Part shown: piece by piece, positions 51,501-62,540 of the stretch
Layout: every line of letters starts with the position of its first letter
Position numbering within the stretch: position 1 is the stretch's first letter
From: the human T2T-CHM13v2.0 reference genome, Homo sapiens
Direction of reading: 5' to 3'
Length of the DNA: 64,000 nt
Assembly (NCBI GenBank): GCA_009914755.4
Contig: CP086569.2
Location: 16,352,001-16,416,000 of the forward strand
Made by a program: the position numbers and the translations under genes
Notes under the pieces: generated by a model
Database searches by the model: none
Told to the model about the DNA's origin: nothing
What the model saw: the letters and a program-made list of their open reading frames with translations, nothing else

Positions 51501-52539
51501 ACTTCCTGTTTTTGTTTTTTTCCTCTACTCTTCATTGTATGCCTTTCAAGGAAATCTGAAAAGTTGGCTTTCTTTTTTGAATTGTTAGTCACATAGATAT
51601 GTAGACTGCAATTTTGCTTCTCCTGCAGGATTGCTGACCTTGTAAAATGATGCCTATGTATGCATCACTAATCTATGTGCTTAACTTTTAACAACTATGT
51701 AATGCTAGGAATATAGACATCGCCTGCCAACAGGTGGAGGTTGAGGAATCCTGTAGAGGATGACCTGATGTCATGCGTGATCAGATATTGAAGGTGATGA
51801 TTCTTGCAAAAACTGGATTTTACAAAGAAGTGCACAGATAATCTTAGATCAAGATTCAGGAGACTGGGTTATATTTGGTCAAGCAAAGAATTTTGTCAAG
51901 GGATTTCTTAACCTTTGCTGTGTTGCAAGATCAAAGGGTTTGGCTGAAAGGCGACAATGTCAGTGGCATTTCAATTTAGCAACCTCTTTTTCTGTTTTGT
52001 CATGGTTGCTGAGCTCAAAGGGAGAAAATATTCAAGGAGCCCACCAAGAAAATGCTCACTTAGGCTGGAATAGTAAGAGATATGTTGTGGGTATAGGATC
52101 AACGATTGCTGAAAAGCTTACTTGAGTGTCTCTCAGGCTGACACCACTTGCCACTTAGCAGTATAATGCAACCTGGCTCTGCACTTAGCAAACCTGGCTC
52201 CAAGGGCTTTCCAAAAGATAAAACCACAATAGCCATTGCTGTCTTCTAATTATCCTATTAGCCTTGTTCAAATCATCTTTTATTTATTTTATTTTATTTT
52301 TTTAATAAAAGCAAGCTTTATTTTGCTGTCTGATGAGATAATATGCTGGCTTGAGAGTTTGGAATAAAAAATGTTATGAATATTTGTTATTAAGGAAAGT
52401 TTCTAAGCACATAGTTATTAAGAAAAACACACATTATTAAGCAAATTTTCCAAGCAAAAGTCTTAGAATAGACATAATAATGTGAAATAACGAATGGTGA
52501 CTTTAGTATTTGCCATTGTCATTGTTCCATGAAATATGT

Positions 52540-53650
52540 TTTTAAAGAAATTTTATTTGATAGTGACAAGAATACTAAAAATGAGATCTATACTCTTAAA
52601 ATTTTAAGTGTACAATATAGTATTATTGACTGCTGGAACAATGTTTGACTGCAGTTCTCTGGAGCTAATCCACCTTGCTTACCTGAAGGTTTATGCCTGC
52701 TGATTCATAACTCCTCATTTTCCCTTCCCCCCACCCCTGGAAACCAACACTTTACATTTTGGTCTTATGAATTTAACTACTTTAGATACCTCCTATAAAT
52801 GGAATCATACAGAATTTGTCTTTCTGTAACTGGCTCATTTCACTTAACATAAGGTTCTCAAGGTTCTTCATGCTGTTACATATTATAGAATTTCCTTCCT
52901 TTTAAGGCTGCATAATATTCCAACATATGTATATAGCATGTTTTTTAAAAAATCCATTTATCTGTTGATAGGTGCTTAGGTTGCTTCCATATCTTGGCTA
53001 TGGTGAATAGCTTGCAGTGAGCAGAGCAATGCAGATTTCAATGCTTTGAGATCCCAATTTTAGTACTGTTAGATATATTTCCAGGGGTGGGATTGCTAGA
53101 TCACAAGGTAGTTCCATTTTTTAATTTGTTGAGGAACTTCCATAATGTTTTTCATAACAGCAGCAACTTTTTGCATTTTGCCAACAGGGTGCAAAGAAAT
53201 TCTCTGCACGTCCTCACTAACACTTGTCTTTTGTTTTTTTAAGACCAGCTGTTCTGACAGGTGTGGGATGATATCTCATTGTGTGTGACTTTGATTTGCA
53301 TTTCCCTGATGATTAGTGATGTTGGGCATCTTTTCATGTGCTTCTTGGCCATTTGTATGTCTTCTTCAGAGAAATGTCTACTGAAGTCCTTTGTCCATTT
53401 TTTAACTGGGTCTTGTGTATGTTTGTTATTGAGTGTGGGAGTTAATTATATACTTTGGATATATAGTTATCAGTATATGGTTTGCAAATATTTTCCCCCA
53501 TTTCATAGGTTGCCTTTCCACTCCATTGATTATTTCTTTTCCTGCATAGAAGCTTTTCAGTTTGATACAATACCACTTGTCTATTTTTACTTCTATTGCC
53601 TGAAGCCAATTCACATTCTTAAAATTATTTTTTGATGAACAGAAATAGTT
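52540..53650 (-). mobile_element. Ancient L1 (L1M-type) 3' portion: ORF2 C-terminal region plus 3'UTR; may extend to ~54050
   Basis: Antisense L1M 3'UTR: ..attttaagtgtacaatatagtattattgactg..ccccacccctggaaaccaacactttacattttggtcttatgaatttaactactttagatacctcctataaatggaatcatacagaatttgtctttctgtaactggctcatttcacttaacataaggttctcaaggttc...ccatttatctgttgataggtgcttaggttgcttccatatcttggctatggtgaatag... Then antisense ORF2: gatttgcatttccctgatgattagtgatgttgggcatcttttcatgtgcttcttggccatttgtatgtcttcttcagagaaatgtctactgaagtcctttgtccatttttt. The ORF 53261-53635 reads as ORF2-like [30 protein letters not shown]...C..L..V. Confidence 0.85.
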
Positions 53651-54737
53651 GCTTCATTTTACCTTTTACTCTTTATATCTTAATTTGAGTAATTTCTCTT
53701 GACCTGTCTTCAAGGTCTCTGATGCTTTTCTTTGCTCACAACATGAATTTCTTACTTCTGATGTTAAATCTACTTTGTTCTATATCTAGCATTTCTGTTT
53801 GTTGCTTCTTTTGTATTTTCATCTTGTCCCTGAAATTCCCCATGTCTTAACACATGCTGTTTGCCTTTCCTGCTAGATTATTTTATGGATCCTTAAATGC
53901 ATTTTGTATGGATATCTTAAAGGCTGTACATGAGAATTCTAACATTTGTGTGTCTCATGCTATTTTACATGTCATAAATGTAAACATAAATATGCATGCA
54001 TTATAGACATTGATTGTAAAAAATATTGGAGACAGAGTCAGTCATATATTCCCCTAGAAAACACCACATGCTTCTTCTGTGTGGCCCCTTGATAAACTGC
54101 CATGTCAGTATGGGTATCATTTCTTCACTTTTAATTAGGTTATGCTCACCCTGTTGGCTTCAGGTGCTTTGAGAGGGGATCCACAATTTCCCTTTAGTGG
54201 AGCTTAGGATCTGAGCATTGGTGAGACTCTAAGTCATGCTGTTTGCAGCCTGGCTGCTCACCTGTTGGGCTTTTGAAGAGAAGAGTCCTCTTTGTTTTCT
54301 ATCCTATGCTGGATGTGGTCATTCCAAATTTCCACCCTGGCTGGGGGACAGGGACAAATGTGTGACTCCCATGGTGAAGGCTAGGAGTGCCTTGGAGGGG
54401 TGCATCTGAGCTTTCCTGCACCACTTCCCTCCGAACTATTTTGCACTGCCTGGTGTAGGATTCCCCACGGGGCTTTATGAAGACTGTGTGAGTGCTTTGA
54501 AGGGTTGGCTGCAGATGGGCTCTCTGGCTGGGCCTCATAAGGATGCTGATCTGTCATGCAAGCCTGCCCACATGTAGTTGTTAAAAATGCCTTTCAACAT
54601 CAGCTGAATTACTCCTCATCTCCCCACTCCGTCTATGAGGGCTGAAAGCAGTTGAATGTTTCTTCTTTGTAGGAATGTTCACCACATCCTGGATTCTAGT
54701 TCATGTATGTTTTTCTGCATCTTCAGCCTTTTTCTGG

Positions 54738-55030
54738 GTGCTGTGGAGGGACAGGGTTTTGCTCTGACACCCAGGATGCAGTGCAGTGATCATGGCTTAC
54801 TGCAGCCTTGAACACCTGGCTCAAGAGATCTTCCTACCTAGGCCTTCCAAGTAGCTGGGACTGCAGGCATGTTCCACCATGCCTGGCTAATTTGTTTATT
54901 TATTTGTTTGCAGAAATGGAATATTTCTATGTTGCCTAGGCTGGTCTTGAACTCATAACCTCAAGCAGTCCTCCAGCTTTGGTCCCCAAAAGTGCTGCAA
55001 TTAGAGGCATAAGCCACCATGCCAGGTCAA
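54738..55030 (-). mobile_element. Alu SINE (old, diverged)
   Basis: gggacagggttttgctctgacacccaggatgcagtgcagtgatcatggcttactgcagccttgaacacctggctcaagagatcttcctacctaggccttccaagtagctgggactgcaggcatgttccaccatgcctggctaatttgtttatttatttg...gttgcctaggctggtcttgaactcataacctcaagcagtcctccagctttggtccccaaaagtgctgcaattagaggcataagccaccatgccagg. Confidence 0.8.
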
Positions 55031-55109
55031 TCCTTAGCATTTTTTTATGGATCTTAAAAGGCAATAATTTTAATTGGAGGTCTCAAAAATCACTGTTCAG
55101 AGTATGAAG

Positions 55110-56091
55110 TTGTTTAGCCCCGCTAGAGAAGTTTGGTAGTTCCTTTATAATTTAAACGTAGAATTTCCATATGACCCAGTCATTCCACTCCTAGATGTGT
55201 ACCACAAAGAACTGAAACAGGTGTGAATGTTCATAGCAGCATTATTCATAATATCCCTAAAGTGAAAGCAACCCAGATATGCATCAGCTGAGGAGTGGAT
55301 AAATAAGATATGGCGCAGCCACATATTGCAATATTGGTTGGGCATTGTTTTAGTCCAGTCTCACATTGCTATAAGGAAATACCCAAGACTGGGTAATTTG
55401 TAAAGGAAAAAGGTTTCATTTACTCACAGTTCCACATGGCTGGGGACGCCTCAGGAATGTTACAATCGCGGTGGAAGGGGAAGCGGAACATCTTACATGG
55501 TGATAGGTGAGAGAAGAGCAAGTGAAAGGGGAAGAGCACCTTATAAAACCATGAGATATTATTAGAGCTCACTATCACAAGAACAGCATAGGGGAAACTG
55601 CTCTTATGATCCAATCACCTCCCACCAAGTCTCTCCCTCATCTGGGGATTATAACTGAAGATGAGATTTGAGTGGGGACACAAAGCCTAACCATATCAGG
55701 CATAAAAGGAACAAAGTACTTTTGGTAACACTGTAGTATGTTTACGCACATATTATCAGGTGGGTGAGCCTAGAAAACATCATGCTTAGTGACAGAAGCC
55801 AGAAAAAAAGGCTACATGGTGCATGATTCCATTCATATGGAATGTCCGGAACAGGCAAATCCATAGAGAGAAAAAGCAAATTAGTGGTTCTCAGGAGCTG
55901 GCAGAGAGGAATGAGAAGTTACCACTGACAGGCAAGGAATCTCCATTTAGAGGTGATGAAAATGTTCTGGAATGAGATACACATGAGAGTTGTACAACAT
56001 TGTGGATGTACTGAGTGTCACTGAGTTGGACACTTAAAGTGGTTTAAATGGTGAAGCTGATGTTATGTGAATTTTATCACAATTAAAAAAA
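55110..56091 (+). mobile_element. Ancient L1 (L1M-type) 3' end in sense orientation, interrupted by a MaLR LTR
   Basis: gtttggtagttcctttataatttaaacgtagaatttccatatgacccagtcattccactcctagatgtgtaccacaaagaactgaaacaggtgtgaatgttcatagcagcattattcataatatccctaaagtgaaagcaacccagatatgcatcagctgaggagtggataaataagatatgg ... ccagaaaaaaaggctacatggtgcatgattccattcatatggaatgtccggaacaggcaaatccatagagagaaaaagcaaattagtggttctcaggagctggcagagaggaatgagaagttaccactgacaggcaaggaatctccatttagaggtgatgaaaatgttctggaatgagatacacatgagagttgtacaacattgtggatgtactgagtgtcactgagttggacacttaaagtggtttaaatggtgaagctgatgttatgtgaattttatcacaattaaaaaaag is the classic L1M 3' end. Confidence 0.9.
55349..55698 (-). mobile_element. MaLR solo LTR (THE1/MST-type, ~350 bp) nested inside the L1M element
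   Basis: ttttagtccagtctcacattgctataaggaaatacccaagactgggtaatttgtaaaggaaaaaggtttcatttactcacagttccacatggctggggacgcctcaggaatgttacaatcgcggtggaaggggaagcggaacatcttacatggtgataggtgagag...ataaaaccatgagatattattagagctcactatcacaagaacagcataggggaaactgctcttatgatccaatcacctcccaccaagtctctccctcatctggggattataactgaagatgagatttgagtggggacacaaagcctaaccatatca is the reverse complement of a THE1-like LTR (tgatatggcttggctgtgtcccc...tgtattagtccgttctcacac). Confidence 0.85.
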
Positions 56092-57619
56092 GAAACTATG
56101 AGTTTGAGGCTTAGTAGCTTCATTACCTTGTCAATGTGTGTTCACTAGTCTTTTCTGCTTTCTACGTCTTAATTATTGTGAAGTCCTAATTATGGAGGGA
56201 GGTCAGGATAGGGGGATGGAGGGAAAGTAGAAAGAGGAGGCAGGTAAGCTGTAAGTCTCCCTTTCTTCATGCTCTGGAACACATAGCCCTCCTTCTCAAA
56301 TAACTCACAATCTGGCTGCACCCAGCTACACCAGACCCTTGGCTGATACAAAATTGCAAGTTATCTCACTGAAACCTTGGCATTATTGGAACTGCACAAA
56401 GCCTTCTTCAGCCTACAGCACAAACACTATCCTATAGAATCCCCAGCAAGTCTTTGTCTCTTTTCAATCAGCTCCTATTTCATTGACCTGCCCATTGAAC
56501 CATTGCATTCTTGCAATGTATTTTCCTACTCTCTCTAATGAATCTTCTTTTTTTAAACCTACAATTTTCTTGGTACATTCTTCTTATTCCTGCATCATGG
56601 ACCACAGATAGTCGCCAGTCACCCATGACAATTAGCAGTCAAAGCTGACTGCTCTTTTCACAGCCTATAACTTTATTTTTTTTTTTTCTGTAAACATTTT
56701 CAAGTGGCCACATGTATCTTGAGTAGACAGAGGCTAATTGTCAGCTTTTGCTTTCTGGATTGTCCTATTAGGGTATTAGGATCCTATGGCAAAGAGCAAC
56801 TGTGAGGGTAAGTGGAAATTCTTAAGAAAACCTAAGTATCACATCTAGGGTAACAAATTAAGACCCAGAGCCCATGATCAGAAGTTGGATAGAAGCAACA
56901 TGAATCAGAAGCTCTGGGAGAAATGGAATGGTCCCCCAAATTAGGCACCAGCTGCAGGTGCATGAGTGAGGAGGGAGGGATGGTGCATTTATACACTGCA
57001 TTCAGGTTAGTGAAACATTTATATAGTGCATTAGTGTTAGCAAATGCACATATAGGATTTTATCCCTTTTATTTTTTAACCATCTTGAGAAATGGAGAAT
57101 GGGTTTGGAGGAGGCAGAGTGAAATGCATTTTACTCAGTTTGAGTTTTTGTACTCTTGTGCCTTTGTTTGTGTGTGATATCTTTTAACCATGGGGAAGAG
57201 GCTGGCAAGTTTTAGTCAAAATTTATTTTCACCTTTACTTAGACCAATTTGGTAGATATAGCAGGCAAGCAGTTTCCTACCTTGAATGGGGGCATGAGAA
57301 GAATGTATCTGCTTTTGCTGCAGACAGCCCAGATCTGGAGACCCTGGGATTGGGAAGGGTGGTTCCACTGGGTAGAAGCATGGAGAATGTGGGCTAGGCA
57401 CCATCAGGGAACATGGTGTGAGCTGATGTGGGCACCCAAACACATGGGGGCTGTCCTTAAAGTGCCTATTGGCTGCTTGTAGATGTCAAGTCCACTTATA
57501 TTTTTGTGGGGTCTCGTGGCTTGGATCCCTGAAGACTCACCAAGGATATGACGATTATGTCACTGTGGGCAAATTTTACATTGCATCCTCCTCAAGCTGG
57601 ACTTTGAACCTAGGAAAAT

Positions 57620-58870
57620 GATGTTTTAATTATTTTTTGACACATTATGTTTGTACATATTTATGGAGGATGTGAAATTTTGTTACATGCATAGAATATA
57701 TAATGATTAAGTCAGGGTATTTGGGGCATCCCTCACCTTGAATGTTTATCATTTCTATGTCCTGGGAAAATTTCAAGTCTTCTCTTATAGCAATTTTAAT
57801 ATAATATATTGTTTTTAACTATAGTCACCTTACTCTGCTATGGAACATTAGAATTTATTTCTTCTTTATAAATGTATTTTGTACCTATTAACCATCTCTT
57901 TATTGCCCTTACCCCCTACACCCTTCCTAACTTCTGATATCTATCATTCTACTCTCTACTTCTGTGAGATAAACTTTTTTAGTTTCCACATATGACTGAG
58001 AACATGTGGTATTTGGCTTTCTGTGCCTGGCTTATTTCACTTAACATAATGACCTCTAGTCCCATCGATGCTGCTGCAAATTACAGGATTTCTTGCTTTT
58101 TTATGTCCAAATAATATTCTGTTATGTAGATAGACCATATTGCCTATATCCATTCATCTGGTGATGGACACTTAGGTTGGTTTCATAGCTTTGCTATTGT
58201 GAATAGTGATGCAGTAGACAAGGGAGTGCAGGTGATATGGTTTCACTGTGTCCCCACCACAAATCTCATCTTGAATTGTTATCCAAATTATAATCCCCAC
58301 ATGTTGGGAGAGGGACCTCATGCAAGGTGATTGGATCATGCGGGTGGTCCCCGCATGCTGTTCTCATCATAGTGAGTGAGTTCTCACAAGATCTGATGGT
58401 ATTATGAGGGGCTTCTCCTGGCTTTGTTCCACACTAGTGTCTTCTGTTACCATGTAAAGAAGCTTTCTCCTTCCCTGGCACCTTCTGTCATGATTGTGAG
58501 TTTCCTGAGCCTCCCCAGCGATGTGAAAGTGTGAACCAATTAAACTTCTTTCCTTTATAAATTACCCAGTATCAGTTATTTCTTATACCAGCAAGAAAAT
58601 GGACTAATGTAGCAGAGCTCCCCCTGACACATTGATATCTTTGGCTCTAGATAAATATTCATTAGTGGGCTTGCTGGATCATATTGTAGTTCTAGTTTTA
58701 GTTTTTTGAGAAGTCTCTATGCTGTTTTTCATACTGGCTGTACTAGTTTACATTTGCACTTATACATGTAAGCTATTGGTCATCTAATTACCAAAGCAAT
58801 TTTTTACAAAGTTCCTCTATATCTTTTTATTTATAGATCCTCTCAGCTGTATGCTCCAATTTATGGCCCC
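57620..58870 (-). mobile_element. L1 (L1PB/L1PA-old type) 3' end fragment on the minus strand, interrupted by an MST-type LTR
   Basis: gatgtgaaattttgttacatgcatagaatatataatgattaagtcagggtatttggggcatccctcaccttgaatgtttatcatttctatgtcctgggaaaatttcaagtcttctcttatagcaattttaatataatatattgtttttaactatagtcaccttactctgctatggaacattagaatttatttc...ctacacccttcctaacttctgatatctatcattctactctctacttctgtgagataaacttttttagtttccacatatgactgagaacatgtggtatttggctttctgtgcctggcttatttcacttaacataatgacctctagtcccatcgatgctgctgcaaattacaggatttcttgc...ttaggttggtttcatagctttgctattgtgaatagtgatgcagtagacaagggagtgcaggtg, then after the LTR ..gggcttgctggatcatattgtagttctagttttagttttttgagaagtctctatgctgtttttcatactggctgtactagtttacatttgcac. Confidence 0.88.
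58228..58625 (+). mobile_element. MaLR solo LTR (MSTA/THE1-like) nested in the L1
   Basis: tgatatggtttcactgtgtccccaccacaaatctcatcttgaattgttatccaaattataatccccacatgttgggagagggacctcatgcaaggtgattggatcatgcgggtggtccccgcatgctgttctcatcatagtgagtgagttctcacaagatctgatggtattatgaggggcttctcc...ccatgtaaagaagctttctccttccctggcaccttctgtcatgattgtgagtttcctgagcctccccagcgatgtgaaagtgtgaaccaattaaacttctttcctttataaattacccagtatcagttatttcttataccagcaagaaaatggactaatg. Confidence 0.85.
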
Positions 58871-59604
58871 TGAAAAAAGGACAGCAATTATGAGATAGCT
58901 TGTTCAGGGAAAGCAGCTCTGTACACAGGTTAGGGCCTCCCATTCCTGTCTTCCTGTGACAGACACCCAGGCCAATTACCTTGTCTATGAAATGCCTTTA
59001 ACACAGAGGGTTAATTTAAAATTTTTTATCTCAGTTTTTTATTCCTAAGCAAACCAAAACTTAATAATAATATTGAAGTTTTTGTTTCTTTAAAAATATA
59101 AATCCTCTTATTGTGAATTACACCCACCATTCATGACATGCTTTCTGTTTTTTCCAGACCATCTGGAAAAACTTTCTGTTTTTTCCAGACCATCTCTTTT
59201 TCCTTACACAAGCAGTCATTTTATTTTAGGACAGAACTTAGCATACAAGTTTCTTCATCATATAAAATTATTTGCCTCCTGAAGGAAGCACTAAATATGG
59301 AAAGAAAAAACCAGTAACAGCCACTGCAAAAACACACTAAATTGTAAAGACCATCGACGCTATGAAAAAACTGCATCAAGAAATGGACAAAATAACCAGC
59401 TAGCAAAATAATGACAAGAACAAATTCACACATGACTATATTAACCTTAAATGTAAATGAATTAAATGCCCCAATTAAAAGATGCAAACTGGCAATTTGG
59501 ATAAAGAGTCAAGACCCCTTAGGACAAGACTCATCTCATGTACAAAGACACACATAGGCTCAAAATAAAGGGATGGAGTAATATTTACCAAACAAATGGA
59601 AAGC

Positions 59605-59646
<42 letters not shown>

Positions 59647-59725
59647 AGGGTTTGCACTCCTGGTCTCTGATAAAACAGATGTTAAACCAGCAAAAATCAA
59701 AAGAGACAGAGAAGTACATTGCATA

Positions 59726-59983
59726 ATGGTAAAGGGATCAATGCAACAGGAAGATCTAACTATCCTAAATATACATGCACCCAATACAGGAACACCCAGA
59801 TTCATAAAGCAAGTTCTTAGAGACCTGCAAAGAGACTTAGACCCCCAGACAATAATAGTGGGAGACTTTAATACCCCACCAATATTAGACAGATCAACAA
59901 GAGAGAAAATTAACAAGGATATTCAGGACTTAAACTCATCTCTGGACCAAGCGGAACTAATAGACATCTACAGAACTCTCTAA
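59726..59983 (+). pseudogene. L1 ORF2 endonuclease-domain fragment (85 aa ORF)
   Basis: ~80% aa identity to the L1 ORF2 consensus MVKGSIQQEELTILNIYAPNTGAPRFIKQVLSDLQRDLDSHTLIMGDFNTPLSTLDRSTRQKVNKDTQELNSALHQADLIDIYRTL. Confidence 0.9.
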
Positions 59984-61045
59984 CCCAAATGAACCGAACA
60001 TACATTCTTCTCAGCACCACACTGCATTTATCTAAAATCAATCACATAATTTATGGAAGTAAAACACTCCTCAGCAAATGCAAAAGAACAGAAATCATCC
60101 TTACCAGTCTCTCAGACCACAGAGCAATCAAATTAGAACTCAGGATTAAGAAACTCACTCAAAACCACACAAATACATGGAAACTGAACAACCTGCCCCT
60201 GAATGACTACTGAGTAAATAGCAAAAATAAGACAGAAATAAAGAAGTTCTTTGAAACCAATAAGAACTAAGACACAAAGTAAAAGAATCTCTGGGACACA
60301 GATAAAGCACAATACTAATTGCCCACAAGAGAAAGTGAGAAAGATCTAAAATTGACACCCTAACATAGCAATTAAGGAACTAGAGAAGGAAGAGCAAACA
60401 AATTCAAAAGTTAGCAGAAGAAAAGAAATAACTAAGATCAGAGCAGAGCCGAAGGAGATAGAGACATGTAAAATCCTTCAAAAAATCAGTTAATCCAGGA
60501 GCTGTTTTTTTAAAAAGATTAATGAAACAGACTGCTAGTCAGACTAATAAAGAAGAAAAGAGAGAAGAATCAAATAGACGCAATAAAAAAGGACAAAAGG
60601 ATATCACCACTGATCCCAAAGATATACAAACTACTTTCAGAGAATACTATAAATACATCTACACAAATACACTAGAAAATCTAGAAGAGATGGATAAATT
60701 TCTGAACACATACCACCCACACCCCCAAGACTAAACCAGGAAGAAGTCAAATCCCTGAATAGATCAATAACAATTTAGGAAATTGAGGCAGTAATTAATA
60801 CCTTACCAACCAAAAAAAGCCCAGGACCAGATGGATTCACAACCGAAGTCTGCCAGAGGTACAAAGGGGAGAAGATACCATTCCTTCTGAAACTGTTTCA
60901 AACAATAGAAGAAGAGAGACTCATCCCTAACTCATTTTATGAGGCCAGCATCATGCTAATACCAAAGCCTGGCAGAGACACAAGAACAAAAAAGAAAATT
61001 GCAGGCCGATATTCCTGACATCGATGCAAAAATCCTTAGTAAAAT

Positions 61046-61572
61046 ATGGGCAAACTGAATCCAGAAGCACATCAAAATCTTATCCACCACGATCAAGTCC
61101 GCTTCATCCCTGGGATGCAAGGCTGGTTCAACATACACAAATCGATAAACATAATCCATCACGTAAACAGAATCAATGACAAAAACCATATGATTGTCTC
61201 AATAGATGCAGAAAAGGCCTTTGACAAAATTCAACACATTTTATGCCAAAAACTCTCAATAAACTAGGTAATGATGAAACATATCTCAAAACAATAAGAG
61301 CTGTTTATGACAAACCCACAGCCAATATCACAGTAAATGGGCAAAAGTGGGAAGCATTCCCTTTGAAAACTGCCACAAGACAAGGATGCCCTTTCTTAAC
61401 ACTCCCATTCAACATGGTACTGGAAGTTCTGGCCAGGACAATCAGGCAAGAGAAAGGTATAAAAGGTATTCAAATAAGAAGAGAGGAAGTCAATTTGTCT
61501 CTCTTTGCAGATGACATGATTGTATATTTAGAAAACCCCATCATCTTGGACAAAATCTCTTTAAGCAGATAA
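61046..61572 (+). pseudogene. L1 ORF2 reverse-transcriptase domain fragments (two overlapping-frame ORFs)
   Basis: Contains the RT motifs [40 protein letters not shown]. Confidence 0.9.
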
Positions 61573-61838
61573 GCAACTTCAGCACAGTCTCACGATACAA
61601 AATCAATGTGCAAAAGTCACAAGCATTTCTATATACCAATAATAGAAAAACAGAGGGCCAAGTCATAAGTGAACTCCCATTCACAATTGCTGCAAAGAGA
61701 ATAGAATACCTAGGAACACATCTTACAAGGGAGGAGAAGGACCTCTTCAAGGAAAACTATTAACCATAGCTCAAGAAAATAAGAGAGGACACAAACAAAT
61801 GGAAAAACCTTCCATGCTCATGGATAGGAAGAATCAAT

Positions 61839-62540
61839 ATGGTGAAAATGGCCATAATGCCCAAAGTAATTTATAGATTCAATGCTATCACCATCAATCT
61901 AGTGTTAACTTTCTTCACAGAACTAGAAAAAATTACTCTAAATTTCACATGGAACCGAAAAAGAGTTTGTGTAGCCAAGACATTCCTAAACAAAAAGAAC
62001 AAAGCTGGAGGCATCATGCTACCTGATTTCAAACTGTACTACAAGGCTACAGTAACCAAAACAGCATTGTTCTGGTACCAAATCAGATATACAGACCAAT
62101 GGAACAGAACACAGACCTCAGAAACAACATCTCACATCTACAACTATCTGATCTTTGATGAACCTGACAAAAAAAAGCAAGGGGGAAAGCATTCCCTATT
62201 TAATAAATGGTGTTGGGAAAACAGTCTAGCCATAAGCAGAAAACTGAAACTGAACCCCTTTCTTACACCTTACACAAAAATTAACTCAAGATGGATTAAA
62301 GATTTAAATATAAGACCTAAAACTATAAAAACCCTTGAGGAAAACCTAGGCAATACCATTCATGACTTAGGCACGGGAAAAGACTTCATGATTAAAACAC
62401 AAAAAGCGATGCCAAGAAAAGCCAAAATAGACAGATGGGATCTAATTAAACTAAAGAGCTTCTGCACAGAAAAAGAAACTATCATCAGAGTAAAGAAGCA
62501 ACCTACAGAATGGAAGAATTTTTGCAATCTATTGATCTGA
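61839..62540 (+). pseudogene. L1 ORF2 C-terminal (post-RT / cysteine-rich region) fragment, 233 aa
   Basis: Matches L1 ORF2 ...[82 protein letters not shown]. Confidence 0.9.

Noticed and set aside
59221-59250. Possible target-site duplication (aaattattt) for the 4.2-kb L1PA element
   Set aside because: The candidate copy downstream (63483-63491) is not adjacent to the poly(A) end, and the motif is AT-rich low complexity. It cannot be distinguished from chance.
59605-59642. 37-nt poly(A) run that could be taken for the tail of a separate retroposed insert
   Set aside because: Flanking sequence on both sides is contiguous L1 ORF2 (..tttaccaaacaaatggaaagcc(a)37gtcagggtttgcactcctggtctctgataaaacagat..), corresponding to ..QANGKQKKAGVAILVSDKTD... 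It is an expansion of the element's own A-rich stretch.
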